Positions 47,747 to 57,420 of a stretch of DNA of 64,000 bases are shown piece by piece; position 1 is the first letter of the stretch; every line of letters begins with the position of its first letter. This stretch comes from Oscillospiraceae bacterium (lineage in GTDB: Bacteria > Bacillota > Clostridia > Oscillospirales > JAAYOS01). The position numbers and the translations under genes are program-made. The notes beneath the pieces are model-generated. The model made no database searches, was not told the origin of the DNA, and worked only from the letters and a program-made list of their open reading frames with translations. Location: NCBI GenBank assembly GCA_031264245.1, contig JAISEG010000009.1:4986-68985 (forward strand), in the 5' to 3' direction.

Positions 47747-50167
47747 ATGTCTGAAACAAAAAAAATCGCGGCGGTCACGCAGAAAATGCCGCTTCTGACC
47801 CTTCGCGGGCTGACCGTATTTCCCAATATGGTGCTGCATTTCGACGTTGGCAGGGAGAAATCCGTCAAGGCGCTGGATCAGTCCATGCTTGAAGGGCAGA
47901 AGATATTTCTGGTCGCGCAGAAGGATATAAGAACCGACGACCCAAACCTTCAGGATATATTTTCGGTAGGCACGGTGTCAAAGGTGCGGCAGATCTTCAA
48001 GCTGCCCGGCGGCACCATACGCATACTTGTGGAGGGGATGTACCGGGCAAAAATGCTGACGACGGTCGGGGACGAGCCCTTCTACGTCGCGGAGGTCATG
48101 GAGCTGCCCGAGATACCTCCAAAGCGGGAAGCTCTGCGTATCCAGGCGCTTATCCGGCGCGCCCAGGAAATGTTTGACGAATACTCGGCTGTGGCTCCGC
48201 GTATGACCCACGAGGTCATGGTCAATGTGCTGTCCGCGACCGAGCCGGGCTACCTTGCCGACTATATGGCGCAGAATATCGCGGTAAAGCACACTGAAAA
48301 GCAGCTGCTTCTGGAGGAAGCAAACCACGTAAAACGGCTTGAAAAGCTGTGCGTGCTCCTTAAAAAGGAGACGGATATCCTCCGGCTGGAGGCGGACATA
48401 CATGGCAGGGTGCGTGAACAGCTGGGTAAAAACCAGCGCGATTTCTACCTGCGCGAGCAGCTGAGGATAATTCGCTCCGAGCTGGGAGACCGGGAGGAAT
48501 CCGGCGACGAGTACGACGAATACAGGGAGCGGATATATTCCATAGGTCTGGAGGAAAGCCTGGAGGACAAGCTTCTAAAGGAGCTGAAAAGACTTGAGAG
48601 TATGCACCCGTCCTCCGCCGAGTCCGGCGTAATACGGACGTATCTTGACGCCGTTCTGGCTCTGCCGTGGAACCGCGCGACAAAGGACAGGCTGAATTTG
48701 GATAAAGCGGCGGCAATATTGGACGGGGATCACTTCGGACTTGAAAAGGTCAAGGAACGTATACTCGAATACCTCGCCGTCAAGCAGCTTGCCCCGCAGC
48801 TCAAGGGGCAGGTCATCTGTCTCGTGGGTCCTCCGGGAGTGGGAAAAACCTCGATAGCGATGTCTCTTTCCCGCGCGCTTGGGCGCAAGCTGGGCAGGCT
48901 TTCACTCGGCGGCATACGCGACGAGGCTGAGATACGCGGTCACAGAAAGACCTATGTCGGCGCGATGCCGGGCAGAATAATGAACGCGCTTGCTCAGGCG
49001 GGCAGCAAAAACGCGATAATCCTGCTGGACGAAATCGACAAGCTGGGAAGCGACTTCCGCGGCGACCCGTCGGCGGCGCTGCTCGAGGTGCTGGACGCGG
49101 AGCAGAACAATTCCTTCCGTGACCACTACCTTGAAATACCCTTCGACCTGTCCGACGTGCTCTTTATCACCACCGCGAACAGCATCGAAACCATACCCCG
49201 CCCGCTTCTCGACCGCATGGAGCTGATTGAGATAACAAGCTACACCGACGAGGAGAAGCTTCAAATAGCGAAGCGCCACCTGCTTCCAAAGCAGCTTAAG
49301 CGTCACGGTCTGGGGCGCGCCTCGCTCAAGCTGTCCGACGACGCGCTGCGCGAGATAATCGTGTGCTATACAAAGGAATCCGGGGTGAGGCGGCTCGAGC
49401 GGGAGCTTGCCTCCTGCTGCCGCAAAGCGGCGAAGCTCATTGCCTCCGGCGAGGCAAAGCGGATAAGCGTCACCGCGGGCAACGTCGACAAATATCTCGG
49501 AGTGAGGAAATACAAGCCGGAAAGCCAGACCCGGAGCAGCGAGGTCGGTGTGGTCTGCGGACTTGCGTGGACCTCTGTCGGCGGCGAAATACTGGAAGCC
49601 GAAGCGAATATCGTTGACGGAAAGGGCAGCATCGAGCTCACAGGCAATTTGGGCGACGTGATGAAGGAGTCGGCAAAGGCGGCGATAAGCTTCATCCGCA
49701 GCCGCAGCGCCGTGCTGGGGGTCGACCCGAGGTTCTACACCGAAAAGGATATCCACCTGCACTTTCCCGAGGGCGCGATACCCAAGGACGGACCGTCGGC
49801 GGGTATCACCATCCTCACGGCGATCGTCTCCGCCCTCACCGGCGTCCCGGTTAGAGGGGACGTCGCCATGACCGGCGAGATAACCATCCGGGGGCGGGTG
49901 CTTCCCATAGGCGGGCTCAAGGAAAAGACAATGGCGGCGTACCGCAGCGGAATCAAAACCGTGATAATCCCGGCGGACAACGCCTCCGACCTTGAGGAAA
50001 TCGACCCGGTGGTCAAAAACGCGCTCAATTTCATCCTCGCGGAAAAGGCGGACGAGGTTCTGTCCGCAGCGCTCATGCCGTCGGACAGCGGGAGCTTCAC
50101 CGGAGATGACGAGCAGGTCATAGTCCGCGCAGAGGGCGGCAGCCCGAAGAGGGTCGTGCTCCAATGA
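47747..50167 (+). CDS. lon: ATP-dependent Lon protease (LonA)
   Basis: 806 aa; LON N-domain, AAA+ (GPPGVGKTS), S16 protease domain with catalytic serine (PKDGPSAG). Confidence 0.95.
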   Translation: MSETKKIAAVTQKMPLLTLRGLTVFPNMVLHFDVGREKSVKALDQSMLEGQKIFLVAQKDIRTDDPNLQDIFSVGTVSKVRQIFKLPGGTIRILVEGMYRAKMLTTVGDEPFYVAEVMELPEIPPKREALRIQALIRRAQEMFDEYSAVAPRMTHEVMVNVLSATEPGYLADYMAQNIAVKHTEKQLLLEEANHVKRLEKLCVLLKKETDILRLEADIHGRVREQLGKNQRDFYLREQLRIIRSELGDREESGDEYDEYRERIYSIGLEESLEDKLLKELKRLESMHPSSAESGVIRTYLDAVLALPWNRATKDRLNLDKAAAILDGDHFGLEKVKERILEYLAVKQLAPQLKGQVICLVGPPGVGKTSIAMSLSRALGRKLGRLSLGGIRDEAEIRGHRKTYVGAMPGRIMNALAQAGSKNAIILLDEIDKLGSDFRGDPSAALLEVLDAEQNNSFRDHYLEIPFDLSDVLFITTANSIETIPRPLLDRMELIEITSYTDEEKLQIAKRHLLPKQLKRHGLGRASLKLSDDALREIIVCYTKESGVRRLERELASCCRKAAKLIASGEAKRISVTAGNVDKYLGVRKYKPESQTRSSEVGVVCGLAWTSVGGEILEAEANIVDGKGSIELTGNLGDVMKESAKAAISFIRSRSAVLGVDPRFYTEKDIHLHFPEGAIPKDGPSAGITILTAIVSALTGVPVRGDVAMTGEITIRGRVLPIGGLKEKTMAAYRSGIKTVIIPADNASDLEEIDPVVKNALNFILAEKADEVLSAALMPSDSGSFTGDDEQVIVRAEGGSPKRVVLQ

Positions 50168-50760
50168 CAGTGAATTTACAAAACGCGGAGTTTTTCAAAT
50201 CCGCCGGCAGCCGTGACGGGTTTATCCGGGACAGATTGCCGAAAATCGCGTTTGCCGGACGTTCAAACGTTGGGAAATCCTCCACTATAAACGCCCTTTT
50301 GAACAGGAAAAGCATAGCCCGGGTCAGCGAAAGCCCCGGAAAGACGGCGAACGTGAATTACTATACGATAGATAAGAAGCTCTATTTCATCGACCTTCCC
50401 GGCTACGGCTTCGCCCGCGTGTCAAAGCAGGAGCGGGACCGCTGGGGCAGGCTGATGGAGGAGTTTTTCACCGACACGGAGGAGCTTTCGCTCTGCGTTC
50501 TGCTTGTGGATATGCGGCACCGCCCGACAGCCGACGACCTGACGATGTGCGATTTTTTTCGCGGCGGCGGCTTGGATTTTATCGTCGCGGCAAACAAGCT
50601 GGACGCGGTGAAAAAATTGGAGCGCGCGCAGAACATAATCAGAATACGCGAGACTCTCGGGCTTGCGGAGGATATCCCGGTTCTGCCGTACAGCGCGAAA
50701 AAGCGGGAAAATATAGAGAACCTGAAAGGGATAATACAAAGCGTCTGGGAAGCCGGATAA
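50164..50760 (+). CDS. engB: ribosome biogenesis GTP-binding protein YsxC/EngB
   Basis: 198 aa; G1 GRSNVGKSS, G3 DLPGYG; lon-ysxC synteny as in Bacillus. Confidence 0.9.
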   Translation: MTVNLQNAEFFKSAGSRDGFIRDRLPKIAFAGRSNVGKSSTINALLNRKSIARVSESPGKTANVNYYTIDKKLYFIDLPGYGFARVSKQERDRWGRLMEEFFTDTEELSLCVLLVDMRHRPTADDLTMCDFFRGGGLDFIVAANKLDAVKKLERAQNIIRIRETLGLAEDIPVLPYSAKKRENIENLKGIIQSVWEAG

Positions 50761-50771
50761 GCATCACGGAC

Positions 50772-50846
50772 GGCGGTCGGGATTTATCCCGACCGCGCAA
50801 ACACACGTCCCCAGTCCCCAACTGTTAACTGTCAATTGTCAATTCG
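50772..50846. repeat. H-family element (hairpin CGGTCGGGATTTATCCCGACCG + CCCC + heptamers)
   Basis: Homologous to 23534-23625. Confidence 0.75.
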
Positions 50847-50867
50847 CGAAGCGATAGGAGCGCCTGT

Positions 50868-51185
50868 ATGTCGCATAAGAGTGAAAATGTGGGCTTCACC
50901 TGTTTAAACTGCGGTGGGAGCGTCCCCCCGTCCACCGACGGGGGTTATCGGAACCACTGCCCCTTCTGCCTTCATTCCCTGCACGTCGATATCGAGCCGG
51001 GAGACCGGGACAGCGGGTGCATGGGGCTTATGGAGCCTGTGAGCGCGGTCTACACCGGCAACAAGGGCTGGACCCTTATTCACCGCTGCAAAAAATGCGG
51101 GTTTGAGCGAAAAAACATGGTTTCGACCGAAACGGCGTGTCCGGACGACTGGGACCTGGTCGTAAAGCTCTCTGTTCAGGAATAG
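50868..51185 (+). CDS. RNHCP-domain protein (Cys-rich small protein)
   Basis: 105 aa containing the literal RNHCP motif (GYRNHCPFCLHSLH) and additional Cys pairs. Confidence 0.7.
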   Translation: MSHKSENVGFTCLNCGGSVPPSTDGGYRNHCPFCLHSLHVDIEPGDRDSGCMGLMEPVSAVYTGNKGWTLIHRCKKCGFERKNMVSTETACPDDWDLVVKLSVQE

Positions 51186-51188
51186 CCG

Positions 51189-52301
51189 ATGGGTTCTATA
51201 TTTGACGATAAAATGATAATACCGATGAAGGTGTCGGAGGGCTATGAAATAACCGACAGCCCCGACTTCTTTTACGAGCTGAAGCTGGACGGCGAGCGCT
51301 GTATCGCCTACCTCGACCCCGGAGACGAAGCTGCCTTCGTTTTACCCGGCCGGTCCGGCGCGCCGCGGACAAACCGCGGAAAAACCGCCGGAGCGGGGCT
51401 TGCCGGGGGCATTTTGCTGTATGTGAGCGGGCTTGGGAAAAATAAGGGGCGCGCCGCGAAAAAGCCGCGAGGCTCAAAAGGAGAAGTCCGCGCAAGCAAA
51501 CGCGGCATACTCCGCCGCGCTTCTAAAAAAGGCTCCTCCGAGCTGAGGAGCGGGGACAACCTGCCGCTGCTTTCAAAATATCCGGAGCTTCGCGGACTGC
51601 ACAAAAGCGTGACCTGCAAGTGTATTCTGGACGGCGAGATAATTTCACGGGAGCAGGACACCCGCGGCTATCTCAGCCCCGGCTTTGTACGGGGCGGCGG
51701 AGCTGTTTCCCCAAAACGGGGCAAGCGGGCGAAGCGCACCGTCACCTTTGCCGCCTTCGACATCCTCTTTTTCGAGGGGAAGGATGTATGCGGCTATCCT
51801 CTGGAGGAGCGCAGGCGCTTCCTTTCGGAGGCTCTTGTGGAGGATGAGCGGGTAATTTTGTCCCGCGTGATAAATGACACCGGCTCCGCGCTGTACCGCT
51901 TTGTTGAGAGCGAGGGCTTAAACGGGCTGGTTGCCAAGCGGAAAATGAGCCTCTATTTCCCCGGCAGAATATCGAGGGACTGGACGCAGGTGGGCTTCGG
52001 CGGGAGCGGGACGTTTATAGTCTGCGGCTTCATATACCGCGAAAACTTCAAGGCTGAGATAATTTTAGGACAGTTTGAGGACGAGGACCTGGTCTACAAG
52101 GGCAGGTGCCTTATCGATATCGACACCCGCGACTTTGAGGAGATATACAGGACGGAGAAGCTGGGTTATCCGCCCTTTGAGCTAAAGCCGGAAAACTGCG
52201 CGGGCGCGGTTTGGCTGCACCCCGAGCTGAACTGCGTTGTCAGGGACGGGGCGGGAGATAGCCTGATACGTGAAAAGGTGTTTATGCACCTGGAGCTGTA
52301 A
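51189..52301 (+). CDS. ATP-dependent DNA ligase (LigD-ligase-domain-like) carrying an in-frame ~70-codon low-complexity insertion
   Basis: Motif I KLDGER and motif III-like CILDGEII; an atypically long G/A/R/K-rich spacer (51346-51555) lies between them. Confidence 0.65.
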   Translation: MGSIFDDKMIIPMKVSEGYEITDSPDFFYELKLDGERCIAYLDPGDEAAFVLPGRSGAPRTNRGKTAGAGLAGGILLYVSGLGKNKGRAAKKPRGSKGEVRASKRGILRRASKKGSSELRSGDNLPLLSKYPELRGLHKSVTCKCILDGEIISREQDTRGYLSPGFVRGGGAVSPKRGKRAKRTVTFAAFDILFFEGKDVCGYPLEERRRFLSEALVEDERVILSRVINDTGSALYRFVESEGLNGLVAKRKMSLYFPGRISRDWTQVGFGGSGTFIVCGFIYRENFKAEIILGQFEDEDLVYKGRCLIDIDTRDFEEIYRTEKLGYPPFELKPENCAGAVWLHPELNCVVRDGAGDSLIREKVFMHLEL

Positions 52302-52315
52302 CAGACAGCATGTTA

Positions 52316-53182
52316 TTAGTTAATTAATAATTGAGCTTCCCAATCTGGGGGAAATCCTATATGTTTCAGCTCAATATAATGTTCATATTGGTCTATAAGA
52401 GACTTGAGTTCATGCACAAATTCAGAATTCCATTTATCCTTGGATATCTGCATTAATTTAAGCATCATAATTGATGAATAGAGCTTTCTGTTAAAATTAA
52501 AAGAAAAATCTTTTGGTGTCGCTGGCACTGCGCCTAAATCTCGATAATATAATCTTCCATAGTGGGCACATATATTTCTCAAGCTTGAGCAGCAATATAG
52601 CCAACTTTTCACAATTCGTTCGTTTTGATTGAACATATCTTTTGCTAAAATCTTCCTATCCGTCGTCAATAAATCGGAATAAAAGCGAGAAAGCATACCA
52701 AAGGAAAACAGCTCAGTCGCTACCCAAAAAGGAAGTTGTCCATTATAATTTTGGATGTGATGTTTTACAAATGGAACCTCCCTGCTATGTTCTATTTCAT
52801 TGTTAATATTGCCTATAAACTTTTCATGGTTGTGTTGACCATTAAAATTGCTTAAATTCTTATACCCGAGAGCGCCAAACTTATGACCATGATAGTAAGC
52901 TGCCTTTGAGCGCACGTATATTTCAATTTCTTCAATTACTTTATAAACAAGGGCGCGCAACCTGCGATCAAATTCGTACATCATGTATACTTGAATAAAA
53001 CTGGTTCCGGCTCGATATGTATCTCTGTCTTTGTTGCGGAATGGGAGAAAATAAGCGGTAAGCCGATAGTAGTTAATTCGAGAAAGTATATCTTTGCAAA
53101 AAGCCTCATCATCAATTACACACCCACGAGATTTTATTTTCTCAATTTGACCTTCATAAGTTGTGGGTGATTTTATATCCAT
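52316..53182 (-). CDS. Abi_2 family abortive-infection protein (AbiD/AbiF-like)
   Basis: 288 aa; N-terminal INYYRLTAYF-type region characteristic of Abi_2; gene and flanks (52302-53466) are visibly AT-rich relative to neighbours. Confidence 0.65.
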   Translation of the reverse strand: MDIKSPTTYEGQIEKIKSRGCVIDDEAFCKDILSRINYYRLTAYFLPFRNKDRDTYRAGTSFIQVYMMYEFDRRLRALVYKVIEEIEIYVRSKAAYYHGHKFGALGYKNLSNFNGQHNHEKFIGNINNEIEHSREVPFVKHHIQNYNGQLPFWVATELFSFGMLSRFYSDLLTTDRKILAKDMFNQNERIVKSWLYCCSSLRNICAHYGRLYYRDLGAVPATPKDFSFNFNRKLYSSIMMLKLMQISKDKWNSEFVHELKSLIDQYEHYIELKHIGFPPDWEAQLLIN

Positions 53183-53466
53183 GGTTAAATACTCTCCTAC
53201 AATAAACGTCCCCCCTGGGACACATCTAAAACCGAAGTTATAGAGAGGTGCGGGGGGTCCTGTTACTTACATTATAGCACATATTTTTTTTAATGCAACT
53301 CCTGTTTGGTATTTTCAGCAACTTGTACACAATTATTGCACAAACTTATCCACAAAACAAATTGAGTAGGTTGGACAACAAATGAAAAATTGGAAATATA
53401 TCGAAGCTGACTTCTTTGCTCCCGCTCGCGGCGCGGAAACAACGCATTATTTTATTAAACCCCGGT

Positions 53467-54981
53467 TTATTCGGTGATTTCCGGTGTGTCGGTTTGACCC
53501 TCCGGCGTGCCTTCAATATGTATATCCATCTCATTTCCGGGAGCGTCCGGCGCAAGCACAGGTACAGGCTCGGCGATCGCGGTATCGATTTTTGCTTCAA
53601 AGCGATAATCTTCGTTTTTGTTTCGCACATACACAAGTATGATAATAAAGCTGACTATCGCAATTGCGGCGCTCAAATAGAACGTCGCCTGTATGCCGGT
53701 CAATTGCGCCTTTAACGGGTCGTCCGAGACAGTGATATTCGTAACAAGTGACATCACCGACACCATTATCGCGGTGCCGAGGGTGCTGGCGACCTGCCGC
53801 ATAGTGTTTGACAAAGCGTTGCCGTGATTGAGAACATCATTCGACAGCTTGTCGATCGCCCAGAGACTGACCGGCGTATTTGTCAGCATTAAGCCTATGT
53901 ATCTTACACAGTATATTACGGTCAGCACCGACACGGGGGTATTAAAGTCCCAGAACGCCATACTGACAGAGCCGACAATTAAGGTTGTCGCACCGATCAT
54001 CACGATCGGACGTATACCGAACCTGTCGGACAGAGTACCGGCGAAATATCCGAAAATCGCGCCGCATATCGCTCCCGGCATCATGATCATTCCGGAAACC
54101 GTCGCGGACATTCCGCGGACGCTTTGCACATAAAGCGGCATTGTTATCCCCCCCGCGACAAGCGAAGCGGCGACCAGCATTAAAACGACCGCCCCTGTTT
54201 TGAATTGCTTATCCCGCATTATGCCGATCTTCAAAAACGGATTCTTCAATTTCAGCTGCCGGCGGGCGAAAACAGCAATGATCACAGCTCCCGCCGCGAT
54301 CATTATTGCGCCTATTAGCATGGTCTCGGCGTGACCGATCATGGAAAAGCCGTAAAGCAGGCTGAAAAGACCGGCGGCGCAATACAAAACGGACTGTTTG
54401 TCCAGAGTCACGTTTTTGTTTTCGCTGAAATCCTTCATCACAAAAACCGCAATCGCAATGACCGCAACAGCCAGCGCCGCCATTATCAAAAACATGACGT
54501 GCCAGCCCACCCTGTCGGTGAGTACCCCCGCGATGACCGGTCCTATAGAAGGCGCGAACATAACGACAAAGCTGTACATTCCCATTGCCGCGCCCCGCTT
54601 TTCATGCGGAAAAATCAGCAGCAGCGTCGTCATGGATATGGGCATCATAATACCGGCGCAGACAGCCTGAAGCAATCTCCCCGCCAATACCATGGAGAAA
54701 TTCGCTCCCCATGCCGACAGCAGGTTGCCTATAATAAATATCACGAAGGACGCGATAAACAGGCTTTTGGTCTTAAATTTGTCCATAAAAAACGCGGACA
54801 TCGCCAGTACGATAGTGTTCACAAGCATAAAGCCGGACACAAGCCACTGCACCGTCGTCGCGCCTATTGAAAATTCTTCCATAATCGAGGGAATCGCCGG
54901 AGTTATCAGCGTTTGGTTCAGCACAGACAAAAACGCGCCCAAAACAAGCACCGCAATCGTCGATTTTTGTGACTTGGTCAT
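53467..54981 (-). CDS. MFS transporter, DHA2 (14-TMS EmrB/QacA) family
   Basis: ORF trimmed to MTKSQKST with GGAGGAG RBS; 14 predicted TM helices. Confidence 0.8.
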   Translation of the reverse strand: MTKSQKSTIAVLVLGAFLSVLNQTLITPAIPSIMEEFSIGATTVQWLVSGFMLVNTIVLAMSAFFMDKFKTKSLFIASFVIFIIGNLLSAWGANFSMVLAGRLLQAVCAGIMMPISMTTLLLIFPHEKRGAAMGMYSFVVMFAPSIGPVIAGVLTDRVGWHVMFLIMAALAVAVIAIAVFVMKDFSENKNVTLDKQSVLYCAAGLFSLLYGFSMIGHAETMLIGAIMIAAGAVIIAVFARRQLKLKNPFLKIGIMRDKQFKTGAVVLMLVAASLVAGGITMPLYVQSVRGMSATVSGMIMMPGAICGAIFGYFAGTLSDRFGIRPIVMIGATTLIVGSVSMAFWDFNTPVSVLTVIYCVRYIGLMLTNTPVSLWAIDKLSNDVLNHGNALSNTMRQVASTLGTAIMVSVMSLVTNITVSDDPLKAQLTGIQATFYLSAAIAIVSFIIILVYVRNKNEDYRFEAKIDTAIAEPVPVLAPDAPGNEMDIHIEGTPEGQTDTPEITE

Positions 54982-55139
54982 TGCTTCTCCTCCATATCCT
55001 CCGGCTTTCCCGAAAAATTTAAATAGCAAATTTAAAGCGTACAATATTGACATTATAGTATATTTATTATTCAGCGTCAATAACCAAATTTAATATTTAC
55101 ATAACGAAATTAACTCGGAAACATACGTTTTTATAAGCG

Positions 55140-55298
55140 GGGGAAAACACCCGCCCCTGCGGGGGCACCCTCTTTACGAAAGAGGGTAAGGGCGGAGGAC
55201 GGGGGATGCGCCCTCAGGCGGCGGGTGTTTCCCCCCGTCCCCCGCAGGGCGCATCCCCAACTGTCAACTGTCAATTGTCCATTGTCCACTGTCAATTG
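55140..55298. repeat. H-family composite: nested GC hairpins (GGGGGAAAACACCCGCC..GGCGGGTGTTTCCCCC; ACCCTCTTTacgAAAGAGGGT; GGGGATGCGCCCTG..CAGGGCGCATCCCC) + CCCC + heptamer array
   Basis: Seen directly between spoIVB end and MFS start. Confidence 0.75.
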
Positions 55299-55301
55299 GC
55301 G

Positions 55302-56381
55302 TCACGCCGCCTTGTTTAAGCGTGTGGTGTTCACTATCGCCTTATCCGAGCTTGCAAGCATATTTTCTATAAATATCGCGTACCCTTTTCTCGGCTGATT
55401 TATCAGAACATGGGTCACCGCTCCGATTATCCTGCCGTTTTGTATTATCGGGCTTCCGCTCATGCCCTGTACAATGCCGCCGGTCTTTTCTATCAGCCGT
55501 TCATCGGTTATTTCTATGCTCATATCCCGCGGAGCTTTTCCGCCGTCAAGATATATCTTGGTTATCTCGATTTCAAATTCCTCAATGTTTTTCCCGTCAA
55601 CATTTGAAAGGATCGCAGCCTTTCCCAGCTTTATTTCATTTTTTGACGCCGCGGGCAAGGGTTCCACCGAGGTTTTGATATCGCTCATTTGCATTTTCCC
55701 AAATACGCCGTGCTCCGTGTTTGCGTATAACGCGCCGTATTCTCCGTTCACGTCAAAGCTGCCCTTTAGCTCGCCCGGGCTTCCCGCTTCGCCCTTTCTC
55801 ACCGACGCTATACTCGAAGGCACAAGCGCGCCTGTGGACAGCGGCATAAGCGCCGCGGTATCTATATCATTTATACCGTGTCCCAGCGCGCCGAATACGC
55901 CGCTTTGCGGGTCATAGAAGGTCAGTGTGCCTATACCCGCCATGCTGTCCCGCACCCATGCCCCGATTTTTAAGGCGCCGTTTTCGTCCGCAGCCACCGG
56001 AGTGAGCTCGACGTCCTTTACCGTCCCGTTTCTGAGCAGTGAAATTCTTAGCTTTCCGCCTTTTTGAACCTCATTTTTCAACTCCTCCGTCGAGGTTATC
56101 TTTACCGAGTTTATCTCTGTTATCACGTCTCCCGGCTCAAGTCCCGCGGCTTTAGCCGGATTTTTCTGCGTCATACTGCTCTCCTGGGAAATACCTACCA
56201 CAAGCACTCCGTCCGCAAACATCTTTATTCCCGCCGTATAACCCAGTGGTATAAGCATCCTTGTCTCATCCGCCGCGGTCGTCGCTCCTGTCAGCGGCGA
56301 AAAAAACGTAAAAAGCATAATCGCGATGCAGAGAGCTGTCTTTAATACCCCTTTGCTGTCCCCTTTTCTGATTATAACCAC
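55302..56381 (-). CDS. spoIVB: stage IV sporulation serine peptidase SpoIVB (PDZ + S55)
   Basis: 359 aa; TM anchor, PDZ region, S55 core GTLTFYDPQSGVFGALGH and a catalytic Ser region. Confidence 0.8.
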   Translation of the reverse strand: MVIIRKGDSKGVLKTALCIAIMLFTFFSPLTGATTAADETRMLIPLGYTAGIKMFADGVLVVGISQESSMTQKNPAKAAGLEPGDVITEINSVKITSTEELKNEVQKGGKLRISLLRNGTVKDVELTPVAADENGALKIGAWVRDSMAGIGTLTFYDPQSGVFGALGHGINDIDTAALMPLSTGALVPSSIASVRKGEAGSPGELKGSFDVNGEYGALYANTEHGVFGKMQMSDIKTSVEPLPAASKNEIKLGKAAILSNVDGKNIEEFEIEITKIYLDGGKAPRDMSIEITDERLIEKTGGIVQGMSGSPIIQNGRIIGAVTHVLINQPRKGYAIFIENMLASSDKAIVNTTRLNKAA

Positions 56382-56831
56382 CCCTTATTTATTAAATTAT
56401 ATCGCTTTTTTATTCAACGTCAGTGTCTTATGCTAATCACTAGTTGGGAGCATTCTATAAAATGGGGCAAAAGGCTTTGATATATGCGGTTTTTGCCCCA
56501 TTTTTAGTAGTATGCTTCTTATTTGAGATTAGCATTACGGCGAAAAAATCACGCTCCTGTTTAATCGCCTACAATATTATATCCGGCTTTATGTGTTTAT
56601 AAAAAGTTAATAAGCACCGCATATGGAATGGTTTCTTCCGCCTGATAATAAACGGCTCAGCTTTTCGCCGATGGAGTATTTTAATTCTACAATAAAGGAA
56701 AAATTTAAACTTATAGGCAAATTTTTCTTGCTAGAATAAACGAAAGTGTATAGAATAGCTTGTATGGAATAAGAATAAATAAATGTTGTGGAGATATCGT
56801 GTCGTTCTGCGAATACGGTTTGTTTTTGATT

Positions 56832-57170
56832 ATGAAGGTTGCGGTTATAGGCTCGAGGTCAATGTCGGAGGATTTATTTGACTTCATGCTTGAGAATATC
56901 CCGATTGGGTGCAGTGAAATTATTTCAGGCGGCGCGGAGGGCGCGGACCGGCTGGCGGAAAGGTGCGCGGAAAAATTATCTCTGCCGCTATTAGTATTTG
57001 AGCCTGACTACAAAAAATACGGAAAATCCGCTCCTCTGCAAAGAAATTGCAGGATAGTCGAAGCCGCCGATTATGTCCTTGTCTTTTGGGACGGCAAATC
57101 CAAGGGGACGGCAAACACTATCATCACCTGCTTAAACACTGGAAAGCCCATAAAAATTATTTCGGTTTGA
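56832..57170 (+). CDS. SLOG/DUF2493-like Rossmann-fold protein
   Basis: ~112 aa, VAVIGSRS...GGAEGAD pattern; start codon uncertain (ATG 56832 or upstream GTG). Confidence 0.45.
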   Translation: MKVAVIGSRSMSEDLFDFMLENIPIGCSEIISGGAEGADRLAERCAEKLSLPLLVFEPDYKKYGKSAPLQRNCRIVEAADYVLVFWDGKSKGTANTIITCLNTGKPIKIISV

Positions 57171-57233
57171 GCGGGGCGCGGGTGTACACAGCGGATTTCA
57201 CGTCTTGATATTTCCCGCCGCGGGTGTTATAGT

Positions 57234-57375
57234 AAACGCTGGTTAATGTGCTTCCAGCACGCCCGAATGGCTCCCGCAATGGCTCCCGTAAACGGCTCCC
57301 GCAGGAGACGTTGGAGACAATGGAGACAATGTTAAGGCTTTCGACGCGTGAGAAGCACGCGTAAGTAATCAGCGC
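57234..57375. repeat. M-family TIR miniature element copy 2
   Basis: Homologous to 34016-34190; 1.5 GACGTTGGAGAC units. Confidence 0.8.
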
Positions 57376-57420
57376 ATACTATAGTGTTGCTGACAATAGT
57401 TTTTTTGGAGGATAACAATT

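Noticed and set aside
48902-50164. 420-aa minus-strand ORF inside lon
   Set aside because: Shadow ORF on the strand opposite the Lon protease gene; Lon is unambiguous over the whole interval.
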